Shown: positions 47,783 to 55,737 of the stretch, piece after piece
Layout: each line of letters starts with the position of its first letter
Position numbering within the stretch: the first letter of the stretch is position 1
Origin: a virus
Reading direction: 5' to 3' (one strand)
Virus record (IMG/VR): IMGVR_UViG_3300045941_000223
Coordinates: 13,255-77,254 of that record
DNA: 64,000 nt
Made by a program: the position numbers and the translations under genes
The notes under the pieces: generated by a model
The model's input: the letters and a program-made list of their open reading frames with translations, nothing else
What the model was told of the DNA's origin: nothing
Database searches by the model: none

Positions 47783-48318
47783 GCTGCGCCTCTCTGTTCT
47801 CTGGCCATCTGCACCATTCGAAACACTTCAGCCGATGTTCTGCTCGGGATCGCCGTCCCGCGTTCTTCGACCCACTCGGGGGTCATCGGCGGGGCGAGCA
47901 CCACCATGCCGTCATCGGTGCCCCAGCGCACGATCGTTCCGATTCCTTCGGCGGCCCGGCGGGTGATGAAGGCACGCACGGCATCGGTGCGCCACGCGTC
48001 GCGGTAATCCGGATCGACCCACATCTGCACCACTTCCACGACCGCGACGCTCGCGCCGGTATCGTCGCGGCGGACTTCGATCGAGTCGGGAATCATGTCG
48101 ATGACCACGTGCGACCGGTCGGGGCGCTGCTGGTCGTACGTATCGGCACCGGTCAGCCATCGGCAGGACCACAGCGCGCAGGGCTGCGGACGGCGGCGGT
48201 AGATCATGCAGCCCTTGCCGCGCCGCTGATGCTCGCAGCGGGTATTGGCACCCTTGCGCAGCTCGGGCAGCGGCATCAGCTTGCAACAGAGTTGGCAGTC
48301 GCCGCAGGCGCGGGTCAT
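47779..48318 (-). CDS. YkgJ/CxxCxxCC cysteine-cluster protein
   Basis: CGDCQLCC...CEH...GCMIY..RPQPC..WSCRWL. Confidence 0.75.
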   Translation of the reverse strand: MTRACGDCQLCCKLMPLPELRKGANTRCEHQRRGKGCMIYRRRPQPCALWSCRWLTGADTYDQQRPDRSHVVIDMIPDSIEVRRDDTGASVAVVEVVQMWVDPDYRDAWRTDAVRAFITRRAAEGIGTIVRWGTDDGMVVLAPPMTPEWVEERGTAIPSRTSAEVFRMVQMAREQRGAA

Positions 48319-48587
48319 GTGATCACGAAATCCGGGTCCGGCGGGTTGTCGTTGTCGGCGAACCACTTCTTCTCGACCAAGAGATCGGTGGCCAGCTCGC
48401 AGGCTTCGGCGTAGTCCGGGTTGCATTCCTCGCCGCCGAGATAGGACCAGCACGCCACGAACAGCGGCTCGAAGCCGACCTGCCAGCCGACGAGAACGGC
48501 GTGCGGCGGCATGTCCTTCAGCTCGCGTTCCGCCAGCGCGTCATCGACGCAGTAGGCAACGTAGGGCAGGGCCTGCTCGCGGGTCAT
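48315..48587 (-). CDS. hypothetical protein
   Basis: 90-aa coupled ORF. Confidence 0.55.
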   Translation of the reverse strand: MTREQALPYVAYCVDDALAERELKDMPPHAVLVGWQVGFEPLFVACWSYLGGEECNPDYAEACELATDLLVEKKWFADNDNPPDPDFVIT

Positions 48588-48790
48588 GGCGTCTCCAGCT
48601 TGCGCAAACGCTCGCCGAAGCGATTGTGCTGCTTGTGCATCGCGCGGACTTCATCGACCAGCCCGCGCAGAGTGTTGTCCTGCCGCAGCACCATCGCGGT
48701 CAGCACGTTGATATCGTCGCGGATAGCGTTGATCCCAGCGATGATCCGCTCATTCTGTTGCGCTAGAAATTCCAGACTGATCTCGGTCAT
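48584..48790 (-). CDS. short coiled-coil protein
   Basis: MTEISLEFLAQQNERII...RLRKLE. Confidence 0.6.
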   Translation of the reverse strand: MTEISLEFLAQQNERIIAGINAIRDDINVLTAMVLRQDNTLRGLVDEVRAMHKQHNRFGERLRKLETP

Positions 48791-48987
48791 CGCATACCTC
48801 GATTGGTGCGGTACTTCGCGGCCCGGCGCTCGTTCTCGGTCGCCTTGTTGCCGATGGCGATCAGCATGTTGGTGACCGCCTCCGCGACCGTCTCTCCGCG
48901 GATGTAGGCGGCCTTCAGCGCCTTCTCGGCGATGCCGGATGTGGCCAGATCGGCCAGAACCGCTTCGCGCCATTCGTAGTAGGTCAT
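48787..48987 (-). CDS. hypothetical protein
   Basis: First ORF after promoter copy 8; SD GGAGG. Confidence 0.6.
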   Translation of the reverse strand: MTYYEWREAVLADLATSGIAEKALKAAYIRGETVAEAVTNMLIAIGNKATENERRAAKYRTNRGMR

Positions 48988-49006
48988 GAAAGTTCCTCCA
49001 TCCCTG

Positions 49007-49035
49007 ATATAGGGCTTGGCGGCCTACGTTTCAAG
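49007..49035 (-). promoter_or_regulatory. Repeated promoter/operator (copy 8)
   Basis: CTTGAA-N17-CTATAT with TAGGCCGCCAAGCCCTA. Confidence 0.82.
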
Positions 49036-49294
49036 GGGTGCTTTCGCCAAGCAGCTCGGCAACGTCGGCTGCAAACCGCGCCACACCGAGATCCAGCGGC
49101 GTCTTGGCGACTGGCGACAATTCGTTGAACACCTTGCGTCGCCGGTCTCGGTTCTCGCCCAAGGCCCGGCCAGCGATGAACCGGCGCAAGTCGGATGCAG
49201 CCAGCGTGCGGGAGATTTCGCCCTTTTCGAGCTGGTAGGCGACGAAGGTTACGGCGTCGCGAAATTCAAGATCGGAGAGTGGATTGATGTTCAT
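49031..49294 (-). CDS. hypothetical protein
   Basis: Operon packing. Confidence 0.5.
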   Translation of the reverse strand: MNINPLSDLEFRDAVTFVAYQLEKGEISRTLAASDLRRFIAGRALGENRDRRRKVFNELSPVAKTPLDLGVARFAADVAELLGESTP

Positions 49295-49496
49295 CCTGCA
49301 CCTTCATGTCCTTCACGTCGGCGACCGCAGCGGCGAAGTCCGGCCGGATCGGTCCCTCGCGGGTCTTGGACCACGCCATGTATCCGTCGTTGCGGCAGAG
49401 AATCGCGTAGTCGATCTCGCCGCTCATGAGTTCGTGCGTGGTGGGGTTCAGCTTGAACCGGGTCTTCTTGGATATCTCTGAAAGCGGGTGCTTCAT
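49266..49496 (-). CDS. hypothetical protein
   Basis: Operon packing. Confidence 0.5.
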   Translation of the reverse strand: MKHPLSEISKKTRFKLNPTTHELMSGEIDYAILCRNDGYMAWSKTREGPIRPDFAAAVADVKDMKVQDEHQSTLRS

Positions 49497-49678
49497 TCCA
49501 CCGGTTCCTTCGGTGCTGCCGCGGAAATGTCCACGCCGTTGGCGTACTCGGTCGCCAGATCGTGCAGGCGACTCAGAACTTCCCTGTCCTTTGCGTGCGG
49601 AAAATGATGGGCGGCCAAGCGCAGGAACAGCTTGAGATCCTGACCAAGGCGGCGCAATTCAATCTGTTCTGGCGTCAC
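49493..49678 (-). CDS. hypothetical protein
   Basis: Operon packing. Confidence 0.45.
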   Translation of the reverse strand: MTPEQIELRRLGQDLKLFLRLAAHHFPHAKDREVLSRLHDLATEYANGVDISAAAPKEPVE

Positions 49679-49889
49679 GGATGAAATCCTTTCCGGTTGG
49701 CGTCAGCTTCAGTTGCCAGATGGTGCGGTGCCTGCCGCGCAGGGCGTCCGGCTCTATGTCAAGCTCGGCCTCGACGAGACCGCGTTCCCTCAGTCGCTTG
49801 ATGGCCACGTGATATCGCCACTTGATGCGGCGCGTCGCATCCTCGCGACCGGCGAATCCGAACAGAAGGTTCCTTTCGGTTCTCGTCAC
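49659..49889 (-). CDS. small winged-helix-like protein
   Basis: IKRLRERGLVE...LKLTPTGK. Confidence 0.5.
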   Translation of the reverse strand: MTRTERNLLFGFAGREDATRRIKWRYHVAIKRLRERGLVEAELDIEPDALRGRHRTIWQLKLTPTGKDFIRDARTD

Positions 49890-50269
49890 GAATCAGGCTC
49901 CGGGTTAAGCTGCTCCAACTCGTTGCCATGCTCGGTCTCGGGCGACTCGATCTCGTCGATGGTGTCGAGCGCGGTGGTGTCGTAGCTCTCCCAATCGCTC
50001 TTCCAGCTCTCGTAGTTCTGACCGGCGTCGCTCTCGGTCCACTTCTCCGATCGCTCGCCGATGTAGGTGTCCATCTCGCCGACGATCTCGTCGCGGAAGC
50101 TCTCGATATCGGAGACCACCGCGTTGTAGGTTTCGATCGCTGGGTTCAGTAGGTCGCTGATCATCGCGTTGACCTCGACCAGCTTCTTGTCGATATCGGC
50201 CGCGGCGATCGTCAGCCGGGCGACCAGATCCGCGCGGGTCTTTTCCTGTTCCTTGGTCAGCTTCTTCAT
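49886..50269 (-). CDS. acidic coiled-coil hypothetical protein
   Basis: MKKLTKEQ...RSEKWTESDAGQNYESW. Confidence 0.65.
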   Translation of the reverse strand: MKKLTKEQEKTRADLVARLTIAAADIDKKLVEVNAMISDLLNPAIETYNAVVSDIESFRDEIVGEMDTYIGERSEKWTESDAGQNYESWKSDWESYDTTALDTIDEIESPETEHGNELEQLNPEPDS

Positions 50270-50499
50270 CGGTGTTCCTCCATGAGCACGGCGATCGAGC
50301 GAAGTTGCTGGCCGATCAGCGCGGTGCCGCAATCGAAGGCGGCGGCCTGCATGAATGCGGCGACCAGCTCGGGGTGCTGCTTGGCAGTGCCGTTGCCGAA
50401 TTGCACGTCGATCCGCTTGATGGCCTCGATCATGTAATGCTCGGCGGTCATGCAGGCTTGCTCCATGAGCATGTCGCCGGTCAGGCTGGTGTCGATCAT
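50266..50499 (-). CDS. hypothetical phage protein
   Basis: IDVQFGNGTAKQHPELVAAFMQAAAFD. Confidence 0.6.
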   Translation of the reverse strand: MIDTSLTGDMLMEQACMTAEHYMIEAIKRIDVQFGNGTAKQHPELVAAFMQAAAFDCGTALIGQQLRSIAVLMEEHR

Positions 50500-50933
50500 C
50501 AGAACGGAACCTCGTCCTCTTCGATCGTGCGCAGGGGTCGCAGCTTGGCGGGCAGCGGTACCGGCACCGGGTCGCCGTTCTCGTCGTAGTCCCAAGCCTC
50601 GACGTGGCAGGCTTCGCCATCGGCGTTCATGGCACGGGCTTCGGCTTCAGCCGCCGCCAGCGTGGCGTACCACGTGCCGCCGCTGTGGCCGTCGTTGGTG
50701 ACCACCAGCCAGAACCGGCCGTCCGGGCGCTCGTCGTCCTTACCGAACAGCTTCTTGAGCGGGACGCCGTCCACCGTGATCTTGCCGACGCCGTCGAACG
50801 AGACCGCGTAGCTCGAACCGAGATCCGGATTGTCGCCGACCCAATGGGTGGCGAACTTGCGCGCACCGGCCAGCGTCTTGAACTTGCGCCGCTTGCGCAC
50901 GCCGTCGATCGAAGAGTAGGTCACCGTGATCAT
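50499..50933 (-). CDS. hypothetical phage protein
   Basis: MITVTYSSIDG..KRRKFKTLAGARKFA; first ORF after promoter copy 9. Confidence 0.65.
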   Translation of the reverse strand: MITVTYSSIDGVRKRRKFKTLAGARKFATHWVGDNPDLGSSYAVSFDGVGKITVDGVPLKKLFGKDDERPDGRFWLVVTNDGHSGGTWYATLAAAEAEARAMNADGEACHVEAWDYDENGDPVPVPLPAKLRPLRTIEEDEVPF

Positions 50934-50959
50934 TGTCCCTCCAAACTTCCTCACCCTTC

Positions 50960-50988
50960 ATATAGGGCGTGGTGGCCTACCGTGCAAG
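50960..50988 (-). promoter_or_regulatory. Repeated promoter/operator (copy 9)
   Basis: CTTGCA-N17-CTATAT with TAGGCCACCACGCCCTA. Confidence 0.85.
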
Positions 50989-51141
50989 AGGTCGGCGGCG
51001 GGCAGCTTGATCGCCCGCCCACTTGTGAATGTCGGCCGCCAGCGTGTCGTAGATTTCCTGCGTGATCTCGCCGCGCATCAGCTTGGCGTCGATCCGGTTG
51101 AACAGGATCTCGACCTTTCGTTCGATCTGGTCTTCAGTCAT
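50977..51141 (-). CDS. hypothetical protein
   Basis: MTEDQIERKVE...; SD GGAGGT. Confidence 0.55.
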   Translation of the reverse strand: MTEDQIERKVEILFNRIDAKLMRGEITQEIYDTLAADIHKWAGDQAARRRPLAR

Positions 51142-51151
51142 CGTACCTCCA

Positions 51152-51496
51152 TCACCAAACCCAGCACCGCAAGAGCGGGACGCCCGCCGTCCAAGACCAA
51201 GCGAAGGTCGGCACGAGATCGCAGGCGGGCGCGACCAGCGTCCAAGCTCCGACGCGATCGAGCGGGAGCAGCGGTGTCCCGTTGACGAGAGCCACGATCG
51301 GCGGGCCGTCCGGGGCGATCCTGACATTGAGCCCGTCCGCGGCGACCCCGACGATGGGCACCGGGCAGGTGTACAGCTCGGGACAGAAGAGGTACCGGCT
51401 GTAGACCCAGCCGATCGGCTCGGGCGGCGGCGCTTGCGCTTCGACGGCGACAGTGCTCGCAGCGAGCGCAAGCATCATGGCAAACCACTTCATCAT
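51152..51496 (-). CDS. exported protein with SH3b-like motif
   Basis: Signal peptide; DGLNVRIAPDG.P.V.LVNGT. Confidence 0.55.
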   Translation of the reverse strand: MMKWFAMMLALAASTVAVEAQAPPPEPIGWVYSRYLFCPELYTCPVPIVGVAADGLNVRIAPDGPPIVALVNGTPLLPLDRVGAWTLVAPACDLVPTFAWSWTAGVPLLRCWVW

Positions 51497-51810
51497 GGAA
51501 GGATCATCCCGAGCAGGATCAGGAACAGGATGAACAGCGGACCGGCGGTGAAACTGGCGACCACCCATCCGATGGCGAACCACGACCAGAACCGTGCCGA
51601 GGATGATCCGGCCTTGGGCATGCTGTCGGCGATCGGCGTCTGGTAGTAGAGCCCGGTGCCGGGAATTCCGATCGTGGCATTCGGCTTGCCGCGCGACGGC
51701 AGGTTCACCCGCGCTCCGCGCACCCCGACCGACAGGCCGAGACCCGACTTCGAGAGATTGACTCGCGCCAGCTTGCCGAGGCCGACGCTCTTGCGAAACC
51801 TGAAACCCAT
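51493..51810 (-). CDS. DUF4236 domain membrane protein
   Basis: MGFRFRKSV...RVNLSKSG..LSVG..GAR...GIPGTGLYY plus C-terminal TM helices. Confidence 0.82.
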   Translation of the reverse strand: MGFRFRKSVGLGKLARVNLSKSGLGLSVGVRGARVNLPSRGKPNATIGIPGTGLYYQTPIADSMPKAGSSSARFWSWFAIGWVVASFTAGPLFILFLILLGMILP

Positions 51811-51823
51811 TCCTTCTCCTTTC

Positions 51824-52036
51824 TCAAATTCCCAGCTTGTCGATCTTGCGGACGGTCGCGCCCAGCGTGCGCTCGGCCGATCGCCACGGCTTGGCGGTGG
51901 TCTTGTCCTGCCACGCGTAGATGATGTGATCGGCCTTCTCGCCGCACACCGTCTCGATCGCGGTCATGACGTGGAGCAAGCCAACCTTGTCGATCAGCGC
52001 CTCGATCTCTTCGGTGACGTTGGGGAGCGCGGTCAT
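51824..52036 (-). CDS. hypothetical protein
   Basis: EALIDKVGL...CGEKADHI. Confidence 0.55.
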   Translation of the reverse strand: MTALPNVTEEIEALIDKVGLLHVMTAIETVCGEKADHIIYAWQDKTTAKPWRSAERTLGATVRKIDKLGI

Positions 52037-52296
52037 CACTGGTCTCCGTCCCATTGCCGCCAGATCACGACGCCGTCAGGGGTGGCCACTCGATCGAACG
52101 GGCGCGTGATCTTGACCGGGCATTGCTCGCTGTCGAGCTTGAACCCGGCAGCTTTCAGCTTCTCGGTGAACGCGGCCGGATCGAAGTTCGCTTGCTCTTC
52201 GATGGTCATCGTGTAGGTGCGAAGGTTCTTCATCCAAAATGGCCGCCAGCAGACATAAAACGTGGGCGCGAGCAGCATCGCGGCGGTGTCACTCAC
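52036..52296 (-). CDS. hypothetical protein
   Basis: Coupled ORF. Confidence 0.5.
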   Translation of the reverse strand: MSDTAAMLLAPTFYVCWRPFWMKNLRTYTMTIEEQANFDPAAFTEKLKAAGFKLDSEQCPVKITRPFDRVATPDGVVIWRQWDGDQ

Positions 52297-52418
52297 GATG
52301 CATACGGGTTTCCTTCAGCCATTTCCTTGTGCGGCGGTGGGAGGGTCGCCAACTGCTCTCACCCATCCCACCGCCTATCGCGGCCTCAGTTGGAAAGCCG
52401 CGCATTCGCCTTATGAAG

Positions 52419-52670
52419 TCACAGATCCCTCGTCCTCTTCTCGGCCGCCGGGTAGTACATCTCGGCGACCAGACCTTCGGCGTACAGCTTGCCCAGCTCT
52501 TCGCCGTACTTCTTGGTGTAGGCTTCGATCCGCGCCTTGTACTCTTCCGGCTCGGCGTAGGCGTTGCGCTCGGCCCACAGGCGACCGGCGCGCACCGCAG
52601 CGACCCGGCGCTTGAAGTTGATCTCGTACTCGTACCTCGCGTCGCGATCGGCTCTCTTGAGTTCGTCCAT
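52419..52670 (-). CDS. hypothetical protein
   Basis: MDELKRADRD...; coupled. Confidence 0.55.
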   Translation of the reverse strand: MDELKRADRDARYEYEINFKRRVAAVRAGRLWAERNAYAEPEEYKARIEAYTKKYGEELGKLYAEGLVAEMYYPAAEKRTRDL

Positions 52671-53251
52671 CAGGCCACTTCCTCGATCACTTCCACCATC
52701 ATCCCGGCGAGAAAGACGTGCTCGCCGCCGTTGTCGAGCTTGACGCCGACCCGGATTGCCTCGCGGGGGTCGGCCCAACCGAACACCGGCCGCTTTTTGT
52801 AGGCATCCTCGCCGGTCCAGAAGACCGTGCCTTCGGCACCGACCTCGACGTGCTTGGTCGCCTTGCCGCGGAGCTTCGTGATCACCCGGACCCGCTTGCC
52901 CCGGCGGGGTGTCGCCGCCTCGCGGGCGAGCGCTGCGGCCTTCCGCTCGGCCTCGCGCTTGGCGAGCAGGGCCTTGTAGGCCGCCACGACCTCTTCGGTG
53001 GCGTCCACCGCCGCGCCGTTGGGGTAGGTCCAGCCGCGGGTGCTGGCGTAGGTGACGTTCTCGGTGTCACCCTTTTCCCAATTCCAGACCACCGCGTAGA
53101 AGTCGCTGTCGTCGTAGCCGTTGATCTCGCGCGTTTCGAGCACCAGACCCTTGTGGGTCTCGCGCGTCCAGATTTCGTGGCCGTTCTTGCTCCAGTAGTC
53201 GTCGCGCACCGCACCGGGGTCGGTCGCAGCGCACATCATGACGATCGCCAT
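52670..53251 (-). CDS. hypothetical phage protein with C-terminal SH3/KOW-like barrel
   Basis: REINGYDDSDFYAVVW...YASTR; GKRVRV...GTVFW...RVGV; first ORF after promoter copy 10. Confidence 0.7.
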   Translation of the reverse strand: MAIVMMCAATDPGAVRDDYWSKNGHEIWTRETHKGLVLETREINGYDDSDFYAVVWNWEKGDTENVTYASTRGWTYPNGAAVDATEEVVAAYKALLAKREAERKAAALAREAATPRRGKRVRVITKLRGKATKHVEVGAEGTVFWTGEDAYKKRPVFGWADPREAIRVGVKLDNGGEHVFLAGMMVEVIEEVA

Positions 53252-53278
53252 CTTTTCCTCGCTTTTCCCTCACCCTTG

Positions 53279-53307
53279 ATATAGGGCGTGGTGGCCTACT
53301 GCGCAAG
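53279..53307 (-). promoter_or_regulatory. Repeated promoter/operator (copy 10)
   Basis: CTTGCG-N17-CTATAT with TAGGCCACCACGCCCTA. Confidence 0.85.
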
Positions 53308-53332
53308 GGGCGCTTTCGAGTTAATGTTGCAC

Positions 53333-53522
53333 CAGCTTGCAGGCCAGCTTGACGGAGCGGCAACAGGATGTGGCGCGGGCGCTTGGTCGCCTTGCCGCGG
53401 GGCTTCGTGACCACCCGGACCCGCTTGGGAGAAGGGCGAGACCGAGAACATCACCTACGCCAGCACCCGCGGCTGGACCTAGGGCGTGGTGGCCACAGCT
53501 TGCAGGCCAGCTTGACGGAGCG
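53333..53522. repeat. Mosaic 136-bp insertion flanked by a 27-bp direct duplication
   Basis: CAGCTTGCAGGCCAGCTTGACGGAGCG at 53333-53359 and 53496-53522; the interior copies 52852-52898 (direct), about 53025-53080 (inverted) and the operator. Confidence 0.85.
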
Positions 53523-53759
53523 AGGATCGTCCGGCCGCCCGGCGGTCGAGATCGCGGTGAGATGGTGGCAGTCGGTGCAGGTCACCAAATACATGCCGCA
53601 GCGCTTGGCCGGGTAGGGGAGCTGCACCGTGCAGGCCATCGCGGCCCCGAGCGACAGGTCGAGGTCTATGCCCTTGGGGTACTCGGGGTTGGGCGGGTGG
53701 CGCGGCTCGCGGTGACCATCGATCCATTCGATCTCGAAGTGGTCGTCGGCGAGTCCCAT
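53451..53759 (-). CDS. Cys-rich hypothetical protein, C-terminus altered by the insertion
   Basis: PPNPEYPKGID...CTVQLPYPAKRCG...CTDC...TAGRPDDPRS; the original end VKLACKLVQH* survives at 53321-53359. Confidence 0.65.
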   Translation of the reverse strand: MGLADDHFEIEWIDGHREPRHPPNPEYPKGIDLDLSLGAAMACTVQLPYPAKRCGMYLVTCTDCHHLTAISTAGRPDDPRSVKLACKLWPPRPRSSRGCWRR

Positions 53760-53769
53760 CTGCGCCTCC

Positions 53770-54090
53770 CTACAAGTCTTCCATGAATTCCCGATCGCCA
53801 TACAGCACCACCACCGGGCCGACCAGCCAGTCGGATTGCGGGCGGCCCAGCGCTATTCGCCAAAGCACGGTGGCGACCGTGTTGGGCGGCAGGCCATTCA
53901 ATTTGCCCTCTTCGTTGCAGAACGCCACGCATCGCTGCTCGGTCCCGGCATGCGCGACCCGATCGAACCCCGGCACCGCTTCGATGTAGCCGCCGACCAG
54001 CTCATGCAGCGTTTCGATCTCGGGCGTCGCGTCCAACGTCCGGACTTCCAGATCCTCGCCCGGCCGGAAGATCAGCATGGTGCCGTTCAC
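53770..54090 (-). CDS. DUF3846 domain protein
   Basis: LHELVGGYIEAV...CNEEGKLNGLPPN..AT...LVGPVVVL. Confidence 0.8.
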   Translation of the reverse strand: MNGTMLIFRPGEDLEVRTLDATPEIETLHELVGGYIEAVPGFDRVAHAGTEQRCVAFCNEEGKLNGLPPNTVATVLWRIALGRPQSDWLVGPVVVLYGDREFMEDL

Positions 54091-54299
54091 GACTGCTCCC
54101 GCTCGAATACCTTGGTGATGGTTAGCTCGGGATGGATGCGCAACATCTCGATGATCTCGGCGATCGGCTTGTCGATGTCCGCGCCCATCTCGAAGTGGCA
54201 GTCCAAGTGCTGACTGTCGAAGTCGCGAATGTGCTGCAGGAACGCGTGAACCAGCGCGGTCGGCATCTGCGCCCGCATGAACAGCTTGGTCCGGGTCAT
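54087..54299 (-). CDS. hypothetical protein
   Basis: Coupled ORF. Confidence 0.5.
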   Translation of the reverse strand: MTRTKLFMRAQMPTALVHAFLQHIRDFDSQHLDCHFEMGADIDKPIAEIIEMLRIHPELTITKVFEREQS

Positions 54300-54303
54300 C
54301 AGC

Positions 54304-54615
54304 TTAATGCATCACCGTCTGCACGACCGGACGGGTCTCTTGCTCACGCGCTTCGCGGCGACGGGCGGCGATCGTCTTCGCCACCTTCAGCTCATGACCG
54401 CTGGCGATCAGCACCGCGTTGATGGTCGCAAACTGCGGGCGCTTGGTCTTGCCCTTGAACCAGTTGCTGATGGTGCTGACACTCACCCCGGACTTGGCCG
54501 AGAGCTGCGAGAGCTTGTAGCCATCGGTGGCGTCGAACACCCGATCCACGATCGGGTCTTGGCCCTTGAACCTGTAGGTTTTGTAGGGCTTGAGCTTGAA
54601 TGGCTTCCGCTTCAT
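54304..54615 (-). CDS. XRE-family HTH protein
   Basis: LSQLSAKSGVSVSTISNWFKGKTKRPQFATI. Confidence 0.8.
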   Translation of the reverse strand: MKRKPFKLKPYKTYRFKGQDPIVDRVFDATDGYKLSQLSAKSGVSVSTISNWFKGKTKRPQFATINAVLIASGHELKVAKTIAARRREAREQETRPVVQTVMH

Positions 54616-55001
54616 GTCGCTGCCGCCTTTGCTGTTGCCGGTTTCGCCTTGGACTTCTTGGACCCGAGCACCGCGTAGGTGCCGCGGGCGCTCTTGGTCT
54701 TCGAGAGTATCTTCTTGTCCTGCAGCGAGCGCATCGCGTACGAGTATGACCGTGCGCTGAACCCGTTCTCCTGCAGCATGTTCTGCACGTCGCGCGGCGT
54801 CACTTCGGTGATCCGGTGCTTCTTGATGTGATGCAGGAACAGCTCGGTGGCGTTGCCGTTCGGCGTTTGCTCCTTGAGTTTGCCGTTGGCCTTCTCGGCG
54901 TTGGCGACCGGCACGACGGTCAGATCGTAGGTCTGGCCCTGCAGCCCGCGCAGGATCTGCGCGAGCTTCTTGTCGTCACAGATGAATGCGATGCGGAACA
55001 T
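54612..55001 (-). CDS. putative winged-helix DNA-binding protein
   Basis: Basic protein with ENGFSARSYSYAMRSL...RGTY; SD AGGGAG. Confidence 0.55.
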   Translation of the reverse strand: MFRIAFICDDKKLAQILRGLQGQTYDLTVVPVANAEKANGKLKEQTPNGNATELFLHHIKKHRITEVTPRDVQNMLQENGFSARSYSYAMRSLQDKKILSKTKSARGTYAVLGSKKSKAKPATAKAAAT

Positions 55002-55142
55002 GGTCTGGCTCCCTTCAGGCTTTCGGGAGTGTAGGACTCGCCTATCGGTCCGTAAAGGAATGCTTGATGGTTCCCGATACCTATTTGCGTCCGGGTTCCG
55101 CATGCGATCAGAGCAGGAACATTGCTGTCTTCGAGCCTTCCG

Positions 55143-55401
55143 GACTGTAGCCACTTTTGTAGCCACTCTGTCCGTTTTTGGTCTCGTTTTGTGCGGTTGG
55201 CGCGCGAGTCAGAACAAGCAAGAAGTGCCGATGCCATCGATGTTTCTTCGATGTTTTGCGGCTGAATGAAAAAACCCTCAATCGAATTACAAAACCGCTG
55301 CTCTACCGCTGAGCTAACCCGGCAATCTCTTTTAACTTCAGTCACTTGAGAGGTCTTTTCGCTTTGCCTTCGGATCGACTGTAGCCACTTTTGTAGCCAC
55401 T
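55143..55401. mobile_element. attP: attP region: tRNA-derived core flanked by arm-type integrase sites
   Basis: The 25-bp GACTGTAGCCACTTTTGTAGCCACT (itself TGTAGCCAC twice) occurs at 55143-55167 and 55377-55401; AT-rich and next to the integrase. Confidence 0.85.
55287..55323 (-). tRNA. 5' half of tRNA-Thr(UGU) (attP core; not a complete tRNA)
   Basis: Minus strand GCCGGGTTAGCTCAGCGGTAGAGCAGCGGTTTTGTAA gives the acceptor 5' strand, D-arm and anticodon loop with TGT; no 3' half follows. Confidence 0.85.
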
Positions 55402-55413
55402 TTCTTCAACGAC

Positions 55414-55737
55414 TCAATTCCGCGGCCTGCGCCGCAGGATCAGGAAATTGCCACGCCGTTCCACCCGACCGGGGCCATCAGTGAAGTCTACGAACGCTTT
55501 GCCGCCAGCTTGGCTTACTGCCGTACAAACCCGTTCCAGCTCGTCGAGCGTGGCCTTTTCGTGCGGCGGCTCCGGATCGGTCATGCGCTTGATCACTTCA
55601 TCGAGCGCGGTGATCTCGTCATCGTTAACCGGAAACCCAATGACCGCGCACCGGCAATGGAAGCATTCGTATATCGGAGCTAACGGTACCGCCGGATCGT
55701 ACAGCTCCATCTCGCGCTTGCAGTCCGGGCAGATCAC
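55414..55737 (-). CDS. Zn-ribbon hypothetical protein
   Basis: GTG start coupled to int; CPDC...CFHC. Confidence 0.55.
   Translation of the reverse strand: MICPDCKREMELYDPAVPLAPIYECFHCRCAVIGFPVNDDEITALDEVIKRMTDPEPPHEKATLDELERVCTAVSQAGGKAFVDFTDGPGRVERRGNFLILRRRPRN

Noticed and set aside
53333-53522. DGR template/variable repeat pair
   Set aside because: No reverse transcriptase in the window, the mismatches are not adenine-specific, and one piece is inverted.
55287-55323. Functional phage tRNA gene
   Set aside because: The match stops at the anticodon loop; there is no T-arm or acceptor 3' strand.
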